Assembly: GCF_046119375.1 (NCBI RefSeq)
Contig: NW_027362769.1
Location: 89,776,001 to 89,840,000, forward strand
DNA from: Phyllobates terribilis
Lineage: Eukaryota
Direction of reading: 5' to 3'
Length of the DNA: 64,000 nt
Below the pieces are notes generated by a model. The model was not told where the DNA came from. It ran no database searches and was given only the letters and a program-made list of their open reading frames with translations. The translations under genes and the position numbers were made by a program. This document shows, piece after piece, positions 56,601-64,000 of the stretch. Position 1 is the first letter of the stretch; each line of letters starts with the position of its first letter.

Positions 56601-59600
56601 GGCCATGGAGGCAGTTCCGTTTGCCCAGTTCCATACCCGGTCTCTTCAACTAGCCCTTCTCTCAGCTTGGGACAAGAATCCGTCATCTCTAGATCGACGC
56701 ATCAAGTTACCTCGTCAAGTAAGACGGTCGCTAACCTGGTGATCCCGCCCTTCTTCCTTCAGACCTGGGAGATCATTCCTTCCACTTCACTGGCAGGTGG
56801 TCACCACCGACGCCAGTCTCATCGGTTGGGGGGCAGTTTTCCTACAAGACACGGTCCAGAGCCTGTGGAGTCCCCATGATGCCTCCCTTCCCATCAACAT
56901 TCTGGAGATAAGGGCGATTTACCTGGCGTTACGCCACTGGCAGAAGATCCTGGCAGGGTCCCCAGTCCGGGTACAATCGGACAATGCCACGGCCGTGCCA
57001 TACATAAACCATCAGGGAGGAACGCGCAGCAAGCCCGTTTTAAAAGAGGTGGCAAGAGTGCTTCTTTGGGCCGAGAAAACGGTCCCGGCAATCTCAGCAG
57101 TCCACATTCCAGGGGTCGACAATTGGGCGGCCGACTTCCTCAGTCGGCAGGGCCTCGCCTCAGGAGAATGGTCTCTCCATCCTGAGGTGTTTCACCAAAT
57201 CTGCTTGCGGTGGGGCACACCGGACGTCGACCTCATGGCGTCCCGGTTAAACCACAAGGTCCTGTCCTTTGTAGCTCGGTCCCGCGATCCAGTAGCAGTC
57301 GCTCAGGACGCGCTAGTCATATCATGGTCACAGTTTCAACTGCCCTATCTTTTTCCACCTCTACCTTTGATCCCTCGAGTCATCAAAAAGGTCAAGACAG
57401 AGGGAGTACCAGTTCTCCTAGTAGCCCCAGATTGGCCCAGACGCCTCTGGTACACAGATCTGGTAAATCTGCTTGTCGACTCCCCCTGGAGACTACCAGA
57501 CCGTCCGGACCTCCTCTCAGGGTCCTTTTCTTCATCAGAGTTCTCGTTCTCTGAATTTAATGGCATGGCCGTTGAGGCCGCGGTGTTGAAGACGGCGGGC
57601 TTTACTGACAATGTCATTCAGACCCTAATTAACGCCAGAAAACCCGCTACCTCGCGCATATACCACAGAACTTGGAGAGCCTTTTTTCGTAACTGCGAAC
57701 AAAATCAACTGACTCTTATGTCCTTTTCTTTGCCAGTCATTTTGGCTTTTCTTCAGTCTGGCCTAGAGGCGGGACTATCTCTCAGCACTCTCAAAGGCCA
57801 AGTTTCGGCCTTGTCCATTCTATTCCAACGTAACTTAGCTAGCCGTCCTTAGGTCAGGACCTTTCTACAAGGGGTGGCCCACATGGCGCCCCCCTATCGC
57901 CCTCCAGTGGAACCATGGTTCCTTAATATGGTCCTAAGCGTCCTACAACAGCCTCCTTTTGAACCCATTCAGGACATTCCAGCCTCTCTCCTTTCCTGGA
58001 AGGTGGCTTTTCTGGTGGCTGTTACCTCTATTAGAAGGGTCGCAGAACTAGCAGCCCTCTCTTGTCGGTCGCCTTTTCTGGTATTCCATCAAGACAAGGT
58101 AGTGCTCAGGCCGGTGCCTTCCTTTTTGCCAAAAGTGGTTTCCGCTTTTCAAATTAATGAGGACATCGTTTTGCCTTCCTTTTGCCCTGCTCCAGTGCAT
58201 CCACGGGAGAAGTCTCTACACAAACTGGACCTGGTCAGAGCTGTACGTGTGTACCTTTCCAGAACGGCCTCCCTTTGGCGCTCGGATGCCCTTTTTGTCA
58301 TCCCTGAGGGGCCTCGCAAGGGTCTCCCTGCTTCCAAGTCAACCATCGCCCGTTGGATACGTTCGACCATCTTGGAGGCACATTCCATCTCGGGCAAACC
58401 TCCCCCTCCCGGAGTAAGGGCTCACTCCACCAGGGCGGTTGGGGGCCTCTTGGGCGGTTCGCCATCAGGCTTAGGCCTCTCAAATCTGCAAGGCCGCAAC
58501 GTGGTCTTCTCTTCACACCTTTTCAAGGTTTTACAAGGTCCACACGTATTCTTCGGCTGATGCCAGTCTTGGACGGAAGGTCCTGCAGGCAGCAGTTGCC
58601 GAAATCTGACCTAGTCTGTGACTATCTTCTGTTCTCCCACCCAAGGGACTGCTTTGGGACGTCCCATGGTCCTGTGTCCCCCAATGAAGCGATAAAGAAA
58701 GAAAGGGATTTTTGGGTACTCACCGTAAAATCTCTTTCTTTGAGCCTTCATTGGGGGACACAGCACCCTCCCTGTGTTTGGACCTATGTCCTGTTGGGCA
58801 TCTCATTTAGTTTTTCACGGTTTTGCCCCATTGGGCATTACATAGTTGGTTCTTATTGTGCTTCTCCTACTGCTCTAGCCACTAACTGGTGAGCTTGGTG
58901 CCTGTAGGCGGGTGCATACTGCGGAGGAGGAGCTATTTTCCTTTTTTTTTTGCATAGTGTCAACCTCCTAGCGACAGCAGCATACACCCATGGTCCTGTG
59001 TCCCCCAATGAAGGCTCCAAGAAAGAGATTTTACGGTGAGTACCCAAAAATCCCTCTCTTGTTGTCTAGGGACGTGAGGTAATAACTACAGTACATTAAA
59101 ATATTTGCCATTGTGTTATAATGATGGAAACCGGTTAATAGTACTGGTGCGTGTGAGCATGTGCAGTAGGAATCTCTCCCCCTTTTTCATATTTAGAAGG
59201 ATGTGCTCCCATTGAATATTCTGACCTAATACTGGTTATAGGAGGTAAAGATGGTGGACCGCAGTGTGAGAAGCCTCTTCTTACTTCAGCACTCCTGGTA
59301 TCTCCAGTATTAGATCAGATAGGTTGAACAGCAGTGTGAGCAGCCTCTTCATATTTCAGCACTCATGGAATCTCCAGTATTTGATCAGATAGACAGGGTG
59401 GACAGCAGTGTGAGCAGCCTCTTCTTACCTCATCATCCCCGGTATCTCCAGTATTAGATCAGATAGACACGGTGGACAGCAGTGTGAGCCGTCTCTTCTT
59501 ACTTCATTACCCCTGATATCTCCAGTATTAGATCAGATAGGATGGGCAGCAGTGTGAGTAGCCTCTTATACCTCCAGTATTAGATCAGATAGGCATGGTG

Positions 59601-62600
59601 GACAGCAGTGTGAGCATCCTTTTCTTACCTCATTAACCCTGTTTATCTCCAGTATTAGATCAGATAGACAGGGTGCACAGCAGTGTGAGCAGCCTCTTCT
59701 TACCTCATTAACCCTGGTATCTCCAGTATTAGATCAGATAGGGTGGGCAGCAGTGTGAGTAGCCTCTTATACCTTATACCTCAGCACCCCTGGTATCTCT
59801 AGTATTACAACCAAATGTCCTCTGTGAGCACATCTCCCTACACATGAAGTGAGGTGGTGTAGCACATACTCAGTCACCTCTTCTGTTTTTATTGTAGGAC
59901 AGGTTTCTGTCAGTGTAACTAGATAAGTCAATTTAATGTACTATAATGACAATCCAAGTGTAATTTGCTAATTATATGTACAGCATTTAGGAATTTATTT
60001 TTAATCCTTCCCAGAAAACCTTTTTTAAGAAATGTAAAATCTTCATAGTTTCCAAAGTAATTTTTCATGGCTTTACTTTTTAATACATGCATCTCTTAGT
60101 ATGTTTTTCTTCTGAAGGCGGTACATGGCCCTCTGACTGAGAATGAGTTGGAGCAGGTTGAAATCCAAAAGCAGTTTCTGGGAACAAGTGGTATAGTTCT
60201 CCTGTTACCAGTGCAGTCAGATGCAGATGTATATCGGATCGCAGCTCTACTGCAGCTGAAGCAGCTACTTCAAGCTAAACCCTTTAAGCCTTCCCCAACT
60301 CTTGCAGTTCTGGTACCTTCAACTTACACAGATCCAGAGACAATAATAGAAAAAGGTAAGTCTAGACCAGTATGAATCATATTGATGAGTTTGAATAGCC
60401 ACTTTCAGCAAACTTTGCATATATAAATAGTATAGACAAATTTAAGAAACTTTAATTAGAGTTGAGCAAATAAATTTGCAGGATCCTGCTACAGTGGCCA
60501 CGTGTAAGGTTTGTAGCCGCCGGACCAGAGCACTGCAAATCTACTACATGCGACACTCCTGGGGCCTTTTTTGATTAGCAGGCTTTTGCAACTTCATTAC
60601 TTTGCCACACATGACGTCACTGCAGTTTACTAATCAGAAGAGGCACCAGGGATCTCGCAGGTAGTAGAAAGTTCACGACTCTTTAGTCCAGCAGCAACGG
60701 ACTACTGACATGATCACTGGACCAGGGTTGTGCGAATGTTTTTGGGCAACTTTTTTTTTTTTTTACAATCTTAGGAAAAAAATTATGTTTCTTTCTCCAC
60801 TTATGAGCCACTTCTCCTTTTTCTCCTCCTCCTTCCCTCCCTTCTCCTTTCTCCCTCCTCCTCTCATCATACAGTCTGAAAAATGGCTAAAATCTGTCCT
60901 TTTCAAAATAATACTGACAAGGCTGCTCACTGAAGTATCAGATTATAGCTGTCTATGGAAGTCTATGGAGAGGAGGGCATAATCAGAGAACAGGCAGAGA
61001 GAGACACGGACAGACGATGTTGCTGCTTTCTGATAAGTGGTATACTGTACCTAAACCTAGAATTTCACACTGCTCGATACTGCGGTATAAGTTTCTCCAT
61101 ACTGCTGCTACTTTGTCTGACTGCCACAGAAAGGAAAGCAGGAACCCCTCATGTCTTTATGTGCTGTATATGAGATATCATAGCTGCTAGTCTCTCTTCA
61201 CTAGCTAAGAGGCAACTGAAAATGAGAGAGTGCCTGCACATAAAGCTAGAACTGTAATGTACCCACATGACAGCTTATTCTTATGACTAATGTGGAACTC
61301 ATTTGTAGACCTTTTTGTTTGCCTGCTTTCTACATTATTGTTCATAAATACACTGTGTTCCAAATTATTATGCAAATAATATTTTCTCCGATTTTCCCAA
61401 ATTACCTATATGAATTGCAGTCATTGTAATTTTCCAGTCAAATAACTATTAGAGTACAATTGAAAGGTTTTTGTACAAACTGCCTATGATAACAGTATAT
61501 TTAAAAAAAAAAAAAAACTCAAACTGCACTCAAAATGCATGTTCCAAATTATTATGCACAGCAGAGTTTTCAACCTTTTCATTTTAATAAAGAACAAAAA
61601 AATGGTCATTTTTGAAATTATAAGCATTAGCAGGTTATTATAAACTGAAATCAAACAGTTTTCAACTCAAAACTTTATTCTAGGTGATGTTACATTTGCA
61701 CATAGGACCACTTGTTCGAAAGGAGCTTCTGAACTCTCTCGTCCATTGAATTTGTCAGGTTTTGGATGGTTTCTGCTTCAATTGTTTTGCATGAGGACAG
61801 AATACCCTCCCAGAGCTGTTGCTTAGATGTGAACTGCCTCCCGCCATCATAGACACTCCTTTTGATGATGTTCCAGAGGTTCTCAATGGGGTTGAGGTCA
61901 GGGGAGCATGGGGGCCACACCATAAGTTTGTCCCCTTTTATGCCCACAGCAGCCAGAGATGCAGATGTGTTATGTGCAGCATGAGACGGGGCATTATCAT
62001 GCATGAAAATGATCTTGCTGCGGAATGCACGGTTCTTCTTCTTGAACCATGGCAGGAAATGCCGATGGAGAAACTCAACATACATTATAGAGTTCATGTT
62101 GAGTTTCTCCATCGGCATTTTCTGCCATGGTTCAAGAAGAAGAACCGTGCATTCCGCAGCAAGATCATTTTCATGCATGATAATGCCCCGTCTCATGCTG
62201 CACATAACACATCTGTATCTCTGGCTGCTGTGGGCATAAATGGGGACAAACTTATGGTGTGGCACCCATGCTCCCCTGACCTCAACCCCATTGAGAACCT
62301 CTGGAGCATCATCAAAAGGAGTGTCTATGATGGCGGGAGGCAGTTCACATCTAAGCAACAGCTCTGGGAGGGTATTCTGTCCTCATGCAAAACAATTGAA
62401 GCCGAAACCATCCAAAACCTGACAAATTCAATGGACGAGAGAGTTCAGAAGCTCCTTTCGAACAAGCGGTCCTATGTGCAAATGTAACATCACCTAGAAT
62501 AAAGTTTTGAGTTGAAAACTGGTTGATTTCAGTTTGTAATAACCTGCTAATGCTTATAATTTCAAAAATGAACATTTTTATGTTCTTTATTAAAATGAAA

Positions 62601-62977
62601 AGGTAGAAAACTCTGCTGTGCATAATAATTTGGAACATGCATTTTGAGTGCAGTTTGAGTTTTTTATTTTTTTAAAAATATACTGTTATCATAGGCAGTT
62701 TGTACAAAAACCTTTCAATTGTACTCTAATAGTTATTTGACTGGAAAATTACAATGACTGCAATTCATATAGGTAATTTGGGAAAATCTGAGAAAATATT
62801 ATTTGCATAATAATTTGGAACACAGTGTAGACATTTATAGGACCTTATTATCACAGTCATGTCTTTTGTTTTATTTCAGAACTTAATATTTCAGACTTGG
62901 TGTCATGTGGACTAATATCAGATTATAAGGTTTTCGCCTTACCTGATGGTGTGAATGACATGAGAGGAACAAACATG
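30198..62977 (+). CDS. MCM3AP: Germinal-center associated nuclear protein (GANP; TREX-2 scaffold), 22 coding exons in window (5724 nt, 1908 codons); continues right of the window
   Basis: FG-repeat N-terminus, RRM-like exon and SAC3/GANP domain ([39 protein letters not shown]); all exons join GT-AG in continuous phase. Confidence 0.96.
32716..32903. other. Assembly gap (188 N) in the intron after MCM3AP coding exon 1
   Basis: Run of N. Confidence 0.99.
33224..33447 (+). CDS. MCM3AP: MCM3AP coding exon 2 (RRM-like: [12 protein letters not shown]...VHIQYSNH)
   Basis: ctccag/gtgagt junctions, 224 nt. Confidence 0.93.
34384..34462 (+). CDS. MCM3AP: MCM3AP coding exon 3 ([26 protein letters not shown])
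   Basis: ttacag/gtgagt junctions, 79 nt. Confidence 0.92.
34704..34818 (+). CDS. MCM3AP: MCM3AP coding exon 4
   Basis: tttcag/gtaatt junctions, 115 nt, phase-compatible with neighbours. Confidence 0.85.
34898..35088 (+). CDS. MCM3AP: MCM3AP coding exon 5 (...[24 protein letters not shown])
   Basis: ttttag/gtattc junctions, 191 nt. Confidence 0.94.
35231..35370 (+). CDS. MCM3AP: MCM3AP coding exon 6 (SAC3/GANP start: [15 protein letters not shown])
   Basis: ttatag/gtaatt junctions, 140 nt. Confidence 0.96.
35530..35727 (+). CDS. MCM3AP: MCM3AP coding exon 7 ([17 protein letters not shown]...WNRTRGIRK)
   Basis: tcaaag/gtgaga junctions, 198 nt. Confidence 0.96.
36297..36565 (+). CDS. MCM3AP: MCM3AP coding exon 8 (DITQQDLC...[10 protein letters not shown])
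   Basis: ttttag/gtaaaa junctions, 269 nt. Confidence 0.96.
36837..37728. mobile_element. TTAA-flanked palindromic MITE (about 890 bp)
   Basis: ttaaaggggttgtctgatacctataat ... attataggtatcggacaagacaatcctttaa. Confidence 0.75.
38274..38436 (+). CDS. MCM3AP: MCM3AP coding exon 9 ([10 protein letters not shown]...LHCYFPQ)
   Basis: cttcag/gtaata junctions, 163 nt. Confidence 0.95.
38529..38689 (+). CDS. MCM3AP: MCM3AP coding exon 10 ([14 protein letters not shown]...GLSVSE)
   Basis: tcgcag/gtaagt junctions, 161 nt. Confidence 0.95.
38785..39002 (+). CDS. MCM3AP: MCM3AP coding exon 11 ([12 protein letters not shown]...[11 protein letters not shown]...)
   Basis: tgaaag/gtaagt junctions, 218 nt. 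Confidence 0.93.
39076..41340 (+). mobile_element. Heavily decayed DIRS-like retrotransposon in the intron after MCM3AP coding exon 11
   Basis: Left terminus tttctcattaatagcattggggga; its complement tgctattaatgagaaa recurs ICR-like near 41287-41302; YR remnant (KAAT*) near 41113; a second DIRS left terminus is nested at 40553. Confidence 0.65.
41341..41655. mobile_element. TTAA-type MITE; partial related copy at about 51840-52073
   Basis: gaggttttcccacga ... tcatgggaaaacccctttaa; acagcaggggcacatttataagattatctcagcacaggaaca is shared. Confidence 0.75.
41993..42144 (+). CDS. MCM3AP: MCM3AP coding exon 12 (KPALEEIK...PPKPKFNDE)
   Basis: caacag/gtacta junctions, 152 nt, open and phase-compatible. 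Confidence 0.88.
42491..42591 (+). CDS. MCM3AP: MCM3AP coding exon 13 ([17 protein letters not shown]...)
   Basis: atgcag/gtataa junctions, 101 nt. Confidence 0.9.
42824..42958 (+). CDS. MCM3AP: MCM3AP coding exon 14 ([10 protein letters not shown]...[10 protein letters not shown])
   Basis: cttaag/gtaaga junctions, 135 nt. Confidence 0.9.
43056..43169 (+). CDS. MCM3AP: MCM3AP coding exon 15 (RIQERERLL...ICKKEL)
   Basis: caacag/gtaagt junctions, 114 nt. Confidence 0.9.
43346..43385 (+). mobile_element. Isolated 40-bp DIRS left terminus
   Basis: tttctttatcgcctcattgggggacacagg...catggg closely matches 53018-53055. Confidence 0.7.
43477..43933. mobile_element. TTAA-flanked MITE
   Basis: ttaaaggggttgtct ... 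agacaacccctttaa. Confidence 0.7.
44029..44181 (+). CDS. MCM3AP: MCM3AP coding exon 16 ([15 protein letters not shown]...CSKYIQ)
   Basis: tttcag/gttggg junctions, 153 nt. Confidence 0.92.
44263..44457 (+). CDS. MCM3AP: MCM3AP coding exon 17 ([22 protein letters not shown]...)
   Basis: tttcag/gtgggc junctions, 195 nt. Confidence 0.94.
44661..44729 (+). CDS. MCM3AP: MCM3AP coding exon 18 ([22 protein letters not shown])
   Basis: ctccag/gtttgt junctions, 69 nt. Confidence 0.92.
44851..45838 (-). repeat. 3' LTR (988 bp)
   Basis: By eye it matches the 5' LTR except for 45-bp and 30-bp indels and about 3-4 substitutions. Confidence 0.95.
45884..49090 (-). pseudogene. Chromovirus Pol (protease, RT, RNase H, integrase, chromodomain), reached by -1 frameshift; in-frame TAG at 47915-47917 and a frameshift near the C-terminus
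   Basis: [57 protein letters not shown], and chromodomain FEVENIL...[17 protein letters not shown]. Confidence 0.93.
49078..50028 (-). CDS. Chromovirus Gag (316 aa) with CCHC zinc knuckle
   Basis: Intact ORF; [15 protein letters not shown] and [14 protein letters not shown]; ends at a G GGA AAC slippery site. Confidence 0.93.
   Translation of the reverse strand: MEPGGTQAPSLSDLCHELSRQRSQQESILGHLRNVNTRLDTLTVPPTTSASAMSRNPAAPLSTNTMISYPGPRLSAPPRFGGDSAQARGFINQCTLHFELLSHQFNSDRAKIAFIMSHLTGEALAWLNPLWERGDPLVSNLPAFLTAFRKVFDEPGRKTSSASSLLRLRQESLTVGQYAIRFRTLASELAWDNDALVSVFWEGLSGRIKDELADRDIPTTLDDLITLATRIDLRFQERAREVTRERRLPRLAPTFQKPVTPSVSNQVHPPEPMQVDQTKMVKTRQDLRRAEGTCFYCGSKEHRIRACPERSGNACV
50042..51104 (-). 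repeat. 5' LTR (1063 bp) with CCAAT (50905-50909), TATATAA (50880-50886) and 45-bp and about 99-bp internal tandem repeats
   Basis: Direct repeat of 44851-45838. Confidence 0.95.
52489..52617 (+). CDS. MCM3AP: MCM3AP coding exon 19 ([18 protein letters not shown]...FWKVVIALP)
   Basis: atacag/gtaagt junctions, 129 nt. Confidence 0.93.
52698..52845 (+). CDS. MCM3AP: MCM3AP coding exon 20 ([10 protein letters not shown]...VNVCVK)
   Basis: ttgcag/gtgagg junctions, 148 nt. Confidence 0.93.
53806..55700 (+). pseudogene. DIRS ORF1 (gag-like), frameshifted
   Basis: CxxC...CxxC motif; [41 protein letters not shown]. Confidence 0.75.
55700..57560 (+). pseudogene. DIRS ORF2: reverse transcriptase, RNase H and Dam-like methyltransferase domain, disrupted
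   Basis: [39 protein letters not shown]; TGA at 56740-56742; [18 protein letters not shown]; DVDLMAS...YLFPP...VAPDWP. Confidence 0.88.
57551..58609 (+). pseudogene. DIRS tyrosine recombinase, disrupted
   Basis: TSIRRVAEL (R), AHSTR (HxxR), RFY (Y, after the frameshift); TAG at 57850-57852, +1 frameshift near 58441 and a further TAG. Confidence 0.88.
59256..59800 (+). repeat. Minisatellite, about 65-bp unit (ggacagcagtgtgagcagcctcttcttacctca...ggtatctccagtattagatcagata), about 8 copies
   Basis: Directly visible degenerate tandem copies. Confidence 0.9.
60118..60355 (+). CDS. MCM3AP: MCM3AP coding exon 21 ([13 protein letters not shown]...[12 protein letters not shown]...)
   Basis: ctgaag/gtaagt junctions, 238 nt. 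Confidence 0.93.
61351..62827. mobile_element. Palindromic (fold-back) Tc1 derivative, 1477 bp: two inverted copies of the 3' half of a Tc1
   Basis: TA|CACTGTGTTCCAAATTATTATGC ... GCATAATAATTTGGAACACAGTG|TA; arms 61351-62081 and 62096-62827 with a 14-nt spacer; both strands encode MHDNAPSH...[11 protein letters not shown]. Confidence 0.93.
62880..62977 (+). CDS. MCM3AP: MCM3AP coding exon 22 ([15 protein letters not shown]...NDMRGTNM)
   Basis: tttcag/gtaaga junctions, 98 nt. Confidence 0.9.
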
Positions 62978-64000
62978 GTAAGATTTGTAGTATTAAATAA
63001 GTATATCAATACATTTCATGTATAGCATATTAGACATGCTGTGACACAATCGTAAAGTGCCATTGGGTTATTGTGGTTTCCTGAGCCTACTGGAGGTCTC
63101 TACGTCTGCCACAAACCTCCAAATCATTGCCTTCAGTGGTCATGCCTTGGTAGATGACACAAGACTGCTGAGGTTAAGGATTGGTTGCAGTGGTCACGCA
63201 TTGTTGACGGAATGAAATTGCTGCAGCCATATCAATGAATAAACTCCATGGAGTAATGTGGAGGCGGCAAAATTTTCATTTTTTTTATTCTCAAATATTA
63301 GTTGCCTTTGTCCCAATTTTTTTTTTTTTAAGCAATTGCTAAAATGATAGTACCTGCAATTCAGTGATTGCAGGTTCAAATCCACCAGAAACCTTTTTTT
63401 ACATCCCATTAAAAAAAAAAAGCATTTGTACCCCTAAATGGGACCAATTAAAACACAAAAAAAACCCCACATAAAACAATCTTTATATTTTAACAACAAG
63501 AAAAGAAATTTTCCTGACAGGCCAATACATAACTGACCCCTCCAACTCAAAATACTTAACACCTACAAAGAGCTACTAAGAGTCATAGGAGGTCAAAGAC
63601 CCCAATTTAAATAAAACATGAATTTTATTGAATCTTAAACAACCATTTAAAAGACATATTATAGAGCCCTGCTCAGTAGCATAGGCACAAATAAGGGAAA
63701 ATTACAAGTAATACAGAAGTATCAGTAAGGCTCACAGAGAAAGGCTTATTGGAAGACTAATAGGTGATACATTGTTATAACATCATAGTAAGAGAGGAGA
63801 AAGGAGGAGATTTTTTATACCCAAAGCACCCTGAAAAACCTTGGTCTTGCTGCCCAGTGAACATCAATGTAGATATATAGTTAAGTTATGTAAAATGAAT
63901 TAGCCAGCACCAAGGTCCTCATAGTTGTATAGGGCCACATGAATAATCTCATCAAGAGACCACACTATCCATAAATATCCTCTCCTTTAATGTAATAAAC

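Larger units (their letters stand above)
53018..59058 (+). mobile_element. Full-length but decayed DIRS1-type tyrosine-recombinase retrotransposon (about 6 kb), sense orientation, in the intron after MCM3AP coding exon 20
   Basis: Non-identical ITRs (about 53018-53153 and 58884-59012 plus right extension); ICR 58663-58740 complementary to both outer ends; ORF1, RT/RH/MT and YR present; no TSD. Confidence 0.94.

Noticed and set aside
59256-59800. CRISPR-like array (also considered for 847-3030)
   Set aside because: Whole units repeat with no unique spacers, there are no cas genes, and the context is eukaryotic.
61690-62487. Two near-identical 222-aa ORFs on opposite strands as a novel protein
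   Set aside because: The N-terminal halves (MLRCELPP...) are antisense read-through of the other palindrome arm; only the C-terminal halves are transposase.

Overview
Vertebrate genomic DNA, most likely an anuran (inferred from the Tc1, DIRS and TTAA-MITE content), with two N gaps. It holds three host genes whose exons I reconstructed by hand with GT-AG junctions and continuous reading phase. LSS (lanosterol synthase, minus strand) has coding exons 1-16 here and continues off the left edge. YBEY (minus) has a complete 168-aa CDS in 4 coding exons. MCM3AP/GANP (plus) has 22 coding exons (1908 codons) here and continues off the right edge. YBEY and MCM3AP are head-to-head around a short CpG-rich promoter. 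Introns and intergenic DNA are dense with mobile elements: a young full-length Ty3/Gypsy chromovirus (Tf1/sushi group), a full-length decayed DIRS1 element plus DIRS relics, three full-length Tc1 elements, a Tc1 fragment, a 1.48-kb palindromic Tc1 derivative, a CR1 interrupted by a Penelope-like fragment, a truncated L1, many TTAA-flanked MITEs and several minisatellites. The most notable observations are: (1) a tRNA-independent self-priming signature in the chromovirus, with a PEG10-type -1 frameshift site and pseudoknot; (2) a Tc1 inserted 2 nt after the YBEY stop codon whose TIR places AATAAA 15 nt past the stop; (3) a fold-back Tc1 that appears to have transposed as a palindrome; (4) a hammerhead-ribozyme relic in the Penelope fragment; (5) a strongly FGQ-repeat-rich GANP N-terminus.
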